DNA of 38,380 bases from Chiloscyllium plagiosum (GCF_004010195.1 NW_025215319.1:42485-80864), one strand, 5' to 3'. Numbered from the stretch's first letter, positions 23,140-35,311 are shown. Numbers and translations: made by a program. Notes: a model not told the origin generated them from the sequence alone.

Positions 23140-23174
23140 TGTGCTTATTGGACAATCTAAAAGTTGGTATTATG
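23134..23174 (-). promoter_or_regulatory. Degenerate 23-type RSS 5' of a J-like segment
   Basis: gacttttgt (vs GGTTTTTGT), 25-nt spacer, tattatg (vs CACTGTG). Confidence 0.35.
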
Positions 23175-23220
23175 AAAGGCTATCGAAACTTCAGTAAAGG
23201 CACTTTGCTGTTAACGGTTA
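23175..23220 (+). pseudogene. J-like segment
   Basis: KGYRNFSKGTLLLTV matches F-G-x-G-T-x-L-x-V with one G>S change and an extra residue. Confidence 0.55.
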
Positions 23221-24500
23221 GAACAATGCTGCAAAAATTTACACAGAGATTTCCAACTCAATTCACACACAAGATCATTGGGCTGGGATGATGCTGGCCA
23301 TCAATGGAGCTGCACAATTCTGTTTGGATACTGACATTGTTGGGGCTAACATACAATGGATATGGTTTATGAGGGATTCAATGTATGATGCCATGTGCTG
23401 CAGGAGCCCATCACCTTTGTAACACCTTCATTCAGGATTAGGTCCAAGGTGCAGAATTACAGAGTTTAGGTGCCATACCACAAGAGATATACTTGCAGGA
23501 CATGGCTGGTTACAGGTCATTGTTACAAATGTTGAACTGCGTCTGGATCAGCGCCATGTGCTAGTCCATTGACTAGTTTTCCCCACGCACATCTCCCCGT
23601 TGTTCAGGTATGTCTCTAACTAGTCTATTGTGAGGGATTATGTCAATAACTGCCCAGCTCCAGTTTGGAAACTCACTGGACAGATTCTGGAGATGGCCAG
23701 TGTTTTGGAGGTCATGGTGAGGGCCAGTAACACTGTGTCTGAATTCAGGCTTTTCTTCAAAGTCATTTTCAACAGCTTTGCTGCCTGAAAGATGGTGTGT
23801 TCATTCATCTGAACATCAATCAGCTGTTTACTACAGTCACTGAATTGTGTAATAGTTAGGTGTGCGCTCTGGTATTTCAATTATTGTTCACTTCAATGGT
23901 TTTCAACTAAATAAAACGATGTTTGGTTTATTTTAAAATATGTAAGAAACAAAGTGATATTAACTCTTCATTATACAAAATGTAAAAGTGACCTGTTGTA
24001 TATATCCCACAGACTAATCAAGCAACAGTCAGATATTATCTGTAAAGCAGGAGTCTGTGAATAGGACTAATACCAGGCAACATCACCACCCTCTCTGTTA
24101 AGGTATGTCCAACTGACGGGACAAGCCAGGCAGAGGGGGACAGCTCCTTGGTATATAGTCAGTATCGTGCCCAGCATTGATGCTGCATCCTGTGGCTGCT
24201 GGACTGCTCTGCGGCACGTTATGGGGGAATCAAAAAAAGCGCAACATATAATTGACCACATTGTCACCGATCTGCCTACTGCAGATAGATCTCTCCGTTT
24301 CATATATCGGTAGGAATGGTCACTGCACAGTCCTTATGGGGAACAGGTGCTGCCTTCACATTTTACAGACTCCCCTCACTATGATATGTAGCCCCCTGGG
24401 CTTTATCAGATTGAGGAACTAATGATGATGCATCCATGAGGTGCAGTGGACCACAGTCAGGAGCAGAATCATACTCTGTACAACAGATACAGTCTGCAAC
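23221..24500 (+). pseudogene. Three to four further tandem decayed V(J)-type domains
   Basis: FTQRFP, SCTI 23311, NIQW 23357, TRDILAGHGWLQVIVTNVE, D-SAM(C*S), (C)SGMSLT 23601; ambiguous domain 23626-23920 (HLNINQL, CALW); VKQES, PGNITTL-C 24096, N*RDKPG, WGTGAAFT 24337; DM*PP..ASMRC 24442. Confidence 0.5.
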
Positions 24501-24506
24501 CTCACA

Positions 24507-24965
24507 GCACAACATAACCCCCACTGTACAGTAACCATCACGGCCCAACATATCGCCCACTGTACAGTAACCATCATATCCCGACATACCTCCCACTGTA
24601 CAGTAATCATCATGGTCAGACATACCTCCCAATTTCGAGTAACCAACACGGCCTGACATACCCCCCACTGTACAGTAACCATCACGGCCCAACATACCTC
24701 TTAATTTCGAGTAACCATCACGGCCTGACAAACGTCCCACTGTACAGTAACCATCACACCCCGACATACCTCCCACTGTACAGTAACCATCACGGCCCAA
24801 CATACCTCCCACTGTACAGTACCCATCACACTCCGACATACCTCCCACAGTACAGTAACCATCACGGCCCAACATACCTCCCACTGTACAGTAACCATCA
24901 CACCCAGACATACATCCCACTGTAACCATCACGGCCTGACAAACGTCCCACTTTACAATAACCGT
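24507..24965. repeat. 36-bp minisatellite (cccactgtacagtaaccatcacggcccaacatacct), ~12 units
   Basis: Direct periodicity, e.g. 24521 and 24557. Confidence 0.95.
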
Positions 24966-24969
24966 AAAC

Positions 24970-25252
24970 GGCAGCACTGTGGCTCAGTGGTTAGCACTGC
25001 TGCCTCACAGCGCCAGCCTCATGTGACAGTCTGTGTGGAGTTTGCATATTCCCCCCGTGTCTGTGTGCGTTTCCTCCGGGTGCTCCGATTTTCTCCCACA
25101 GTCCAACAGTGGATTGGCCATACTAAATTGCCCATAGTGTTAGGTGCTTTAGTCAGAGGAAAATGGGTCTGGGTAGGTTACACTTCGGAGGGTTGGTGTG
25201 GACTGGTTGGGCCAAACGGCATGTTTCCACACTGTAGGGAATCTAATCTAAC
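24970..25252 (+). mobile_element. HE1 SINE with internal deletion of the B box
   Basis: A box tggctcagtggttagc, V domain, tail aatctaatcta; 'cgccag|cctc' junction lacks gggttcga. Confidence 0.9.
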
Positions 25253-25349
25253 CTCCAAGGTTCAAGTCATAGTTATGATGGAATAATCAATTGCCTGAAT
25301 GAGTGCAGCTCCAACAGTACTCTAGTATGGACTTACCAGCGGCAGGCAA

Positions 25350-26470
25350 CACAGTTGTGTGGGGAAGATAATGTTCACAAATTTGATTGATTATTTTGAG
25401 GAAGTGACAAAATTGATTGATGAGGGCACGGGGCTGGATGCTGGCCGTCTGGACCTTAGCAAGGCCTTTGATATGGTTCCTTATGGCAGGGTGAAGGTGA
25501 AGTGAAATGGGCTCCGCCGTCAGTTAGCAAGATGGATAGAGAACTGCTTGGTCATAGAAGACAGAATAGTGGTGGAACAGTGTTTTTGTGACTGGAGGTC
25601 TGTAAATAGATTGGCGGACTTGCAGATTGTGAGGATGATTGCCAGAGAATACAGCAGGACAAAGAAAACACAGATGTAACTTTATCTGGACAATTGTGAC
25701 GTGATGCATTTTAGAAGGTCTAATGCAGGAGAGAAGTATACAGTAGATGGAAAAACTACTGATTGCATCAACACCCGAAGTGATAAAGGTGTACAGCTCC
25801 ACGGTTCCCTGAAAGTTGTAATACGGGTGCTTAGGGTGATCAAGAAGACGGACGGCAAAGTTGCAGACAGGCATCGGAGCATGCAGTATGAAAATTAGCA
25901 GGCCATATTGCAGCTGTAGAGAAACTTAGTTCGGGAACATTTGGAATATTGTATAGAGTACTGATTGCCCCACGATGTGGAAGTGTTGGAGAGGGTATGG
26001 AAAAGGTTTACCAGAGTGTTGTCTGGTTTGGAGGGTATTAGCCAGAAGGAGAAATTGAACACACATGGTTTGTTTGCAACTGGGCTTCATTGACTATGGG
26101 GCTACCTGATAGATATTTAAAAAAAAACTATCAGAGGCATAGATAGAAGGACAGTTGGAGGCTTTTTCTCAGAGTAGAAATATCAATTACTAGGGACCAT
26201 AGGTTTTAGGTAAAAGGGAGAAAGTATGATAGGTAAGTTTATTTTTGCTTTTCCAGACAGAACGTGAAAGTGCCTGGAATACACTGATAGAGGGGAAAAG
26301 CTAATATAGCAAGGTTAAAGAGGGATCTTGGCACAGAGACGAAACAGCAGCGAACAGAATGACATAGAATGTGTAGAACCATAAACTTTTGTATTAACTT
26401 TCAAAGGGTATCATGTGTCAGTGCGGACTTGCTGGGCTGAAGGGCCTGTTCCTGTGCCGGACTGTTTTTA
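25350..26470 (+). mobile_element. CR1 LINE 3' portion with deletions
   Basis: NLIDYFEEVTK, DLSKAFD, MHFRRSN; tail 'gggctgaagggcctgttcctgtgc'. Confidence 0.85.
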
Positions 26471-26489
26471 AGACAAGATTTGAGCGCAG

Positions 26490-28090
26490 CAGTGGCGAGA
26501 TGCTGAATGAATGATTCCTGATGATAAACAACCACATTCATGGAGGTCGCTCTTCATCAATTTTCAGCTTCATATCCTCCGTCCCATTGCGGGGAACCTC
26601 AATATGGAGAATATGACATGAAAGTCAGAGCTGGTAACTGGTGACTCCATCTCGCCCCTCGATCCTGCGGCCTTCTATCTTGGACATCAACGTCTTGGGG
26701 AACACTGCACTGACAGAAGTTGCATGTAATCCACACCCACCTATGCTGGCATCTGTCACATGCCAGCCTCAACATGCCATCCCGGCACATCTCCAACCCA
26801 CTACAATACACTTCTGTGCTTCAATGCTGCAGCTCAGGGTGCACTGACAACTCTCGTTGCAATGCTGCTGCAAGGACACTGTGCTCAGGGACACACACCC
26901 AGCTCATGGCCTGTCCCTCTGGGCTGTTCACTCCGTGTTTGTACACACTCAATGTTGCTGCAAGGACACTGCGCTCAGGGACACACACCCAGCTCATGGA
27001 CTGTCCCTCTTGGCAGCGCACTCCGTGTTTGTACACACTCACTTTGATATGACTTGCATGTTCACAGAATTATTGCCTTGCCTTACCCTGTCCTCAGCAG
27101 TGTTTATCCTCAGCCAGAGCTACCAGGCTCAGCCGCCTGCTATATCGTCTTGGTGTTTAGCACAGACACAAACCCAAGAAGCTTGATATCATCGTCACGG
27201 TGCCCAGTGGTGAGACAAGGGGACTCTCAGATCCCAGTCCGGAGTTTGGGCACGGTCAGGAAGCCTCTTGTGGTTTTTAGTTGTAGGAATCTTTCTCCTG
27301 TGAGGGGGTGAGGAGCTGAATGTTGGGGAGATCCACGCCTCTCTTGACTATTTCTCTCCTATTGTGGGATTGGTCCTTATGGGATGTGAAAATTAGCAAG
27401 AGGTATTAAGGCAGATGGAAACGGTTTGTGCAGTTGTTAGAGCTGGCACAGCTGGGGGAAAGGTGGCAAGGTGTCGTAAGTGAGTGAGTGGGCAGCACAG
27501 ACACCAGGCAGAGTTGGGTAGAGGGGCAGAGATGAGGTTGGAGAGACTGAGAAAAGGTTCTGCATTCAGTGAGGGTAGGTAAGTTCACATGCAGTTACAG
27601 GGTGAGGATGGGAGAACATGAGCCTTGGTGGGAGATGGGTGCAGTAACAGAGAGAGTGAGATTGAGCTCACAAAGTGCAGATGGTGGCACTTACCCTGGT
27701 GGAAGGGAGAAGGTCACTGACCTCCTTCCTACACTGCTGGGCATTCACCCAGAAGGCTGGCACCTCACTGACCCAGGGGTCATCCTCGGACCAAGCTGGC
27801 ATAGTCTGGTTTCATGGCCTCCCCTGCCAGTCCTGTAGGAAGATAATGTCCCTCTCCTGCACCATGCCATCCACCAGAACCTCAGGGGCTTGTCCACAAA
27901 GTGAAGCCCCAGATGTACCCCGTCTGCCATGCCCAGGGTAGTTTGGAGTGGCAATCCTAGAGTGTAATGCATTTTTAAAGATGGCCCTTGTAACAGGGAG
28001 GCCGCTTCATTCTGGGATATGCAGGCATCGTGTTAGAATCAGATGAAAAGACAACCACATGGTCAGGGAGGGTAGTTAATGAGGCAGATT
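26490..28090 (-). mobile_element. PIF/Harbinger transposon relic with Myb/SANT-like ORF pieces
   Basis: Minus strand EVLVDGMVQERDIIF..QTMPAWSE..AQQCRKEVSDLL (~27715-27895) and HNRREIVKRG..PNIQLLTP (~27305-27370); outer boundaries uncertain. Confidence 0.7.
26860..27040. repeat. 90-bp tandem duplication (2 copies)
   Basis: Units start at 26860 and 26950. Confidence 0.95.
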
Positions 28091-28099
28091 GGGGATGGT

Positions 28100-29400
28100 G
28101 TCATGAGAAAATACACTTTACCTTGTGGAGAGAAACCCTCCATGAAACTCGACTAAAATGAGACTCGACCAAATCATAAGATGGTGTAGGCCTCTGTCTG
28201 TCTGAATCAAAATGGGAATGCAGTGTGAAATATTGGGAGCGACAAACTTGGAGCAGAGAATTATACAGGAGATTCAAATCCTGATAAAGGGATAATACAA
28301 TGTTCCAGACTGTTAAAAGTAGCTGGGGGAAATCCCCGGCCTTATAGTTACCCACATTATCCAATCCTCACTCGATGCAGGGATGGTGCCAGATGACTGG
28401 AGAATGCCGAACGCTGCAGCTTTGTTTAATGTGGAGCAAGGGACTGACTGGATAGGTCGAGGCTCGAATTCTGAGACAGTGGATAAACGGTCACTGAGGA
28501 AGTCCCAGGGACTCCAGGACAGTTGGTCTGGATTTGTTCAAGGAACGTCGGGTGTAATTAATCTGACTATGTCGGTTTGAGGCAGTAATTTGTAACTGCA
28601 TGTGACTTCCTTGTATTTGACGAGAGATCCCATGGCAGACTGTTTAAAAACAGAAACTATGGGATCCAGGTGAATGCAGCAAACAACCCAGAGAAGTGCA
28701 AGACAAGGCATTTGGGGACATCACCAATAGAGAGGAATTACAATAAAATGAGAGTATGGTCAGTGTGGGCAGACAAATGAAGGTAGCTGAAAACATCAAT
28801 ACACTTGTTATTGTAGCAAGTGGCGTTATTTCCTTTATCAGACAAAATACTCTTCAGAGCAGGAAGCTTATGCAGGAACTATGTAAATAATAAGCTCAGG
28901 CACAGCTTGGGGACTGTGTGCAGTTCTAGTCACCCCACTACATGGAAGGATGGAATTGGACTGGAGATGGTACAGAGGAGATTCTCCTCCCTGTGACAGT
29001 GGAAGTGCAGTTATGGGGAAAGATTAGAACGGAGGATGCTGACAGGAGATTTAATTGGGGTGCACATATTATCAGGAGCCTGGGTAGAAAGAGAGAGAAC
29101 ATCTTGTTCCTATTGGACAGCTCAGTTACCAGTGGTGATTGTTTAATGTAATTCGTTGAAATATTAGTAAAGTGGTGAGGAAAGCTGTTATTTTACCCAG
29201 AGTATTGTCGGGATCTGGGAGTCACACATGGAAGCAGAGTAGAGACAGAAGCCCTCAAACAATTTTAAAAAGGTGCCAGGTTCTGTGCCCGAAGTCCTAC
29301 AGCATCCGGGAAGGCAAAACTAGGGCTTTAAAAAAAACAATGTTACACCTTGTCCAATGCAGACAGTGGACAGAGTAATCTCCTCTATACTGCTATTTTC
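28100..29400 (+). mobile_element. Old, deleted CR1 LINE
   Basis: MVPDDWRMPNAAALF, GFVQG, AQLGDCVQF motifs and degraded tail. Confidence 0.7.
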
Positions 29401-29499
29401 TGAAGTTTTCAAAGGTTACTAATATCTAATTTGATCAATATCTTGTAGGACACAGAGATGAGGGGTGAGGGCAGGGGGAGCAGTGTGTGAATTGATTAA

Positions 29500-31400
29500 C
29501 ATCACAATAACACTGATACCGTCCTTTATACACAATGCTACTTCAATGTGTTGGCCTGGTAATCCTTCCTGTATAAATGGGGAAAACCTTTGATTAATCT
29601 GTTCTCAGTCGTGGTCACACTGCAGCCCCATCTCCATAATCCCAGCTCCAGATGACCTGGTTCACACTATTTAAAACTACCATTTCACTGGTCTTGTTGA
29701 AACGTTCCCAGCTTCAATCTTGCCCCATTGAAGGCTGCTCTCAGCCAACTAATGTTTCTCATTCTCAATTATTGCACATCATTCTCTACCATTATCCTGA
29801 ACTTTACAATAAAATGATCGCTGCACCCCAAAACGCTCCTCTACTGACACTGGATCCACTTGCCCCACCTCTTTCCCAAGGACCATGTCCAACAGTACAT
29901 GCTCTCTTGGGCTGGACACATACTCCTGAAGTGATCTCTCCTCCACGTAATCCAGGGATACTCGCCCCTCATGACCCTGCACCAACAGTAACCCAGTCAA
30001 TATCTGGATAAATTAAGTTTCTCAGTATAACTAATCTGTCGTATTATCATCGATCTCAAACGAGCCTGCATTTTTATTCTCTACATCAGTTCTTTGGCTA
30101 TTGGCCGACAGACTGTATCTCACAGTTTAATTGCATACTTTTTGTTCTGTAGCTCCAGCCAAATTCATTCTGTCCTTGGTGGATCCTCTTTTTCTTGGAC
30201 ACCTTAACGAACGCTAATCTCAGCCAATGCTTCTACCTTCATCCTTTCCCTTTACTTCGATCATTTTGGAATCCTTTATCCTCAGCAATATTTAATACCC
30301 AGTCGTGCCATTCCCTGAGCCAGCACTCGGTGATCAGTACATCAGATTACCACACACCAATCTGCATCTGGAACTCCCCACACTCCAAGTATTTATGTCC
30401 GTGCAGAGTACCTCAGATTAAGGCTTTCTTTCTTACTCCATCTTTCACTGTTAAACTTGTTGTTGTAAATTAGTACCAACTTTATCTGCCATTATTTTGA
30501 GAATCCTGGTAGTCTCCTCTACTATTCCTTTTGGATCCTAATCACACGCCAAGCTATTTTTTATACCTCCCACACACCACGTAAGAAATTCTGTCATGTT
30601 AGCCAATCCAGCTTGCACAGTTGCTGCCTTCCCCAGAACCAGTCACAATGTCCCAGTAATCTGAAGCCCTTCCTGCTGCACCATCGTTCCATTCACACTC
30701 ATCTACCTAAAACTCAGAATCCTGTTCTCACTAGGACACGGCATTGGGAGTATTCCAGGGATTGCTACATTTGAGGTCCGGCTTGCTAACCATCCACCTA
30801 GCTCCCTAAATTCTGACTCTCAGACCACTTCACCCTTCCTACCCAGGTCATTCCTACCTACATGGACATGACGTTTGACTGCTCACTGTCCCCCAGACGA
30901 ATGCCCTGCAGACACGGTGACATTCTTAACCAAACTATCCTAGAATTACAGACACGCTGACACTTTCTTCACTTTCCTGACTCCCTTGTGCCTATTGCTT
31001 CTCCTTCCTTCTCCCTTCCCTCCTGTACAGTCAGGCTGCTTGTGGGGCCACAGACATGGCTCTGACTGCCCTCCCCTGGGCAGCCAGAACCTTCATCAGC
31101 TTCCAAACTGGGGAACTGAATTGGGAGGGAAACATCAGGATATTCTTGAATTCCCTGACTGTTCTCTCCGATTGCCTAGTCCCCCAGACCCTTCCTTCTT
31201 CCAGGCCGTCATGTCTGCAGGGTGGTCTGCCCTGCCTGTGCACTATCGACCTAACTCTCAGCATCACAGATGCCCCATAGAGTCTCCAGTCACTGTCTGA
31301 GCTCCAAGTCCCAGTGTCCATCTAGGACACGAGCAGGGGCTATGACTTCCCAATGTAACAGAATGCATTTTCGATCTGACAAACATGTCTTGTCACGTCC
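29500..31400 (-). mobile_element. CR1 5' half: ORF1 (esterase-like) plus ORF2 endonuclease, degraded
   Basis: Minus strand VHVGRNDLG (SGNH-like ORF1), ITECWL, LQEYVSSP.REHVLLDMVLG. Confidence 0.8.
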
Positions 31401-31721
31401 TAAAATGCAACATGTCTAGAGTAACTTAATGAATTACTTAGAATGAAGTTAACATCAGGGACATCATAATATGGTTACGTCCCTTATTCAAATGTGGCTT
31501 ACTGAGGTTAATTTATTATATTGGCTCAGAATTTCACTTCTCCCTCTTATTTCTGATTTCAATCCTTACTTCAGAAGTTAACAAAAAAAAAATTCTGACG
31601 TACTGCAATTAACTGACAGTCACTAAAAAATTAATCAGCCAATGAACTTATAGTCTTTTCTGTGATGGATCTTGAACTTCTTTCAAACTCAGTGCAGGCA
31701 GGTCCCAGCAGGAGAAGGTTA

Positions 31722-32280
31722 TCTCTGTGACTCTAAGGGACGTGTAATTCTCCAGCTCCCACTCTATTCTGCTCCCTCACAGGGTCACCGTCTCTGTGAT
31801 TCCAAGGTACGTGTAATTCTCCAGCTCCCACCCCACTCTGCCCCCTCACAGGGTCACTGTCTCTGTGACTCCCAGGGACGTGTATTCCTCCTGCTCCCAC
31901 TACACTCTGCTCCCTCACAGGGTCACCATCTCTGTGACTCCCAGGTACGACTAGGCCTCGATCCTCAGTGCTGATTTATATCCTCCCAAATTTGGTGCTT
32001 CCACCTCCTAGGTGTGAGTGAGCCTCAAACCCCTGCTCCACGTTGCTCCCTCACATGGTCACTCCCTCTATGACTCGGTGCTGATTCCGAGCCTTCTGAT
32101 CTGTTGTTTCCCCGACTCCAAGTCTCAGTCGGCCTCGACCCTCAGTGATTTATATTCTCCCGTACTGTTCTGTTCGCTCTCAGGTTCTCTCACTTTGTGA
32201 CTCCCAGGTAATGGTAGGCCTCAACCCTCAGCTGAGATTTATAACAAACCGTTCCGCACTGCTCTCTTACAGGATCGCTG
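31722..32280. repeat. 69-bp minisatellite, decaying 3'
   Basis: tctctgtga at 31722, 31791, 31860, 31929. Confidence 0.9.
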
Positions 32281-34412
32281 TTGTGCCTGGAAGACAGTGG
32301 AAAAGAGGAGGATGAGACGGAGCAGAGGGTGTTACAGTGATTGGGCGATCTATATTGGATGGAACAGGTTACCTGGGGAGCTTGGCAGACCTGTAGTGTC
32401 TAAAGCAGGTTATTGGAAGACACAGTAAGAGTTGCAAATTAACAGCCAGCAAGTGTTGTATGGTAGTGGAGACTGTTGGATGTTACACAGTTAGAAGACT
32501 TGCAGTAACTGGGGGGACGATGAACTTTTGGAGCACTGGTGGTGTTCCAGGTGCCTCAGGACATGAGGAGCTGCAGAGAATGGGAGCATTCCAAATAGTG
32601 GGTTTGTAGGGATTGGAAGTCCTGAGATGGATAAGGAGGAAGAAAAGTGCCAATTTAACAAATACAACCATTGTAATTATAGAGATTTAAGGAAGGGAAT
32701 CTGTGCTGTCATTGATTACAGTTATATGGAGAGTAACAGAAATTGAAGGGGTTAAAAATGGAGAGGTTTTAGGTAATCAGAAGTTTAAACAAGAATAAAG
32801 AGATTTTACCGATCTCTAGCACTGATGGGACTGGAGGAGGTGAGATATTGTGAGGGACTATAAGAGGTATAAGTCGGGTAGGGTGTCACATATAAAAGGG
32901 TGAGCTGCATTGTCTGCATGCAGTTACAGACGTGAGGAGTGTTGTAGCGCCTTCTGGAGGGGATACAGATAACAACAGTTCCAACAGCTGGTGCAGGGGC
33001 TCAGGAAGGGAGGGTTGTCGGGACTGGATATTACACAGATAGGGGAGAAAATTGAGCTGCAGGAGTTTATGGAGAAAGGGAGGATTGGAGGGACCGGCGA
33101 TTACACGGATTGGGGTAGTAGCTGGAGCTGCAGGAGTTAGTGGAGGATTGTTGGTGCTGAGAATTACATGAACAGGGACAATAATTGGAGCTTCAGAAGA
33201 GAGTGAGATAGGAAAGTTTGAAGCGGCTGGATCAGTTCACACTGCGAGGGAGAAGTGTAGGGATTGGACGAGCCAGAGATACTAAGGGTTGTAGGGCTGC
33301 AGGCGTTAAAAGAGTTAGTGGGGACTGTGAATGCAGGTTTGCAGCATTCCCATCAGTTACACAGAGATGTGGAGTGCTGTGCTGGAGGAGGTTACAATAT
33401 TCAACAGCGTTGCAGATACTGGAAGATATTACAAAGACTGTAATATTACAAGCTGTAGTATTTGAGAAGGTTACAGCGAAAGGATGTATTGAGGAGTTGG
33501 AGGCTGATACACGTATTAAACATGCAGCAGGGGAAAAATAACCTTACATCGATCAGGGGGATTGGAAGCGCTGGAGTTAAAGAATCATAATTGAAGCAAC
33601 TGGAGAATATCACAGAGATGGGGAGTAACATATGAGTTAGAGGAGTTATAACATGAGATGAGCTGTATTCAATTGAGTCAGTGAAGTTACAGGGAGATCT
33701 GAAGGGACTACAAGTGATCAAAAGGACAGTGAGGATTCTCAGTGTAGGATTGGGGCGGTTTACAAAGACGGAAATATTTTATGGAATGGTGTTATTTACA
33801 GAGGTTATGAAATTGTATAGAATTGAGGAACGAACAGAGATATAGAAGGCTGTAGTTAATGAAGACATTTGTTGATGTCGGATGCAGAGGTTATGGAAAT
33901 TATATGGACCGGAAAGCTGGACAATCTGTCAGAGCTTCCAGAGACAGGAACAGCAAAAGAGCCTGGAGACACTAACACAGCATTGCACACACTGGAGGGG
34001 GTTTCTGCTTTAGGGATGGTTGTAGTGGAGTGTAACGTTTACACAGAAGGTTATGGAGACGATTAGATTGATGGGGAATCTGGAGGAGCTTACATTAACA
34101 GGTCTGGTGACAGTGACGGGAGAATGTCACATAGATAGAAAGTCTTGTAGAAACTGATCGGGAGAGTCACAAGCATTGGAGTTGGTTCCACAGTTCAGAG
34201 CGTTGCATGGACCTGAGAGGATTACGCAGATAGGGAGGATTGTAGGATACTCACATTTTCAGAGTGTTCCAGGACTGGAAAAGGTTACCCAATTAAGGAG
34301 GGATGCTGGAGCTGTGGGAGTTCACAGAGACTCGGAGGTTTGAAGGGTTTGGGGCTGTTTATGGATAGAGGGATATATTTAAGGACAGTAATATGGAAGG
34401 CAGAGATAGAAT

Positions 34413-34718
34413 TTAGATTAGGTTCCCTACAGCATGGGAACGGGTAAATCGGCCCAACCGATCCTCCAAAGGGTAACCCACCCAGACCCACTTCTCTCCG
34501 ACAATGCACCTAACACTATGGGCAATTTAGAATGGCCAATTCACCTGACCTGCATATCTTTGGACTGTGGAAGGAAACCAGAGCACCCGGAGGAAACCCA
34601 CGCAGACACGGGGAGAAAAAGCAAACTCCACACAGACAGTCACCAAACGCTGGAATCGAACCTGGGTCGCTGGCGCTGTGAGGCACCATTGCTCACCACT
34701 GAGCCACCGTGCTGCCCC
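34413..34718 (-). mobile_element. Full-length HE1 SINE
   Basis: A and B boxes, V domain, tail; agaatt at 34408-34413 and 34726-34731. Confidence 0.95.
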
Positions 34719-34773
34719 AAATTGCAGAATTACACAAAGAGAGAGTTTTTGGGGTGCTGGGAGGAGTATAGGG

Positions 34774-34879
34774 TGTGGATGAGCAAACAGAGATGTGGAC
34801 GAGCAGACAGAGATGTGGACGAACAAACAGAGATGTGGACGAGCAGACAGAGATGTGGACGAGCAAACAGAGACGTGGA
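34774..34879. repeat. 20-bp minisatellite (gagcaaacagagatgtggac) x5
   Basis: Direct. Confidence 0.95.
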
Positions 34880-35311
34880 GTGCTGTTGTGGTTTGAAAAG
34901 GGTCTGGAGGTGTTTATACAGGTAAGGAACTCGGAAGGGATGCGAGAAGGTTATGTGGTCGTGTGGTGATATAGGCCAGGAGGCAGAAGTGTGATCGGAC
35001 CTGCAGAAGGTTTCAGTGTTTTCATGTTTTCTTGGGGCTTGAGGAAGGTACACAGGTGGATAATTTGGCCCAGGCTGGAGGATTTTACAGAGAAGGGTGC
35101 ACTGTAAGTATTGTGCAACACTACAGAAATGGGAATTATTGTACTGGGTGCAGGATGGGATTATTGAGATTGGGCATGTTATCCAGACTGGAGCAATTTA
35201 CACACAGAGAGTCGTCAGTATTGGAGTAGGTTTCAAATATACAGCGGAAATATGGGAGGGGTGGAGGTTACAGAAATAGGAATTTTTTTTGGGAATTACA
35301 AGCATTCAAGA

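Larger units (their letters stand above)
32290..35290. repeat. Ancient degenerate purine-rich ~30-bp satellite (ggctggagg..ttacagagatagg)
   Basis: Recurring 'ttaca(g/c)a' and 'ctggag' words; similar sequence at ~36700-37400. Confidence 0.7.

Noticed and set aside
23304..23364. Leader-like reading MELHNSVWILTLLGLTYNGY followed by G|GT
   Set aside because: Overlaps a longer V-domain reading (SCTI..NIQW..NVE..DSAM) and has a weak donor; kept only as an alternative
24326..24332. CACAGTC heptamer after a V-like unit
   Set aside because: No nonamer, and WGTG follows immediately, which favours a pre-joined J
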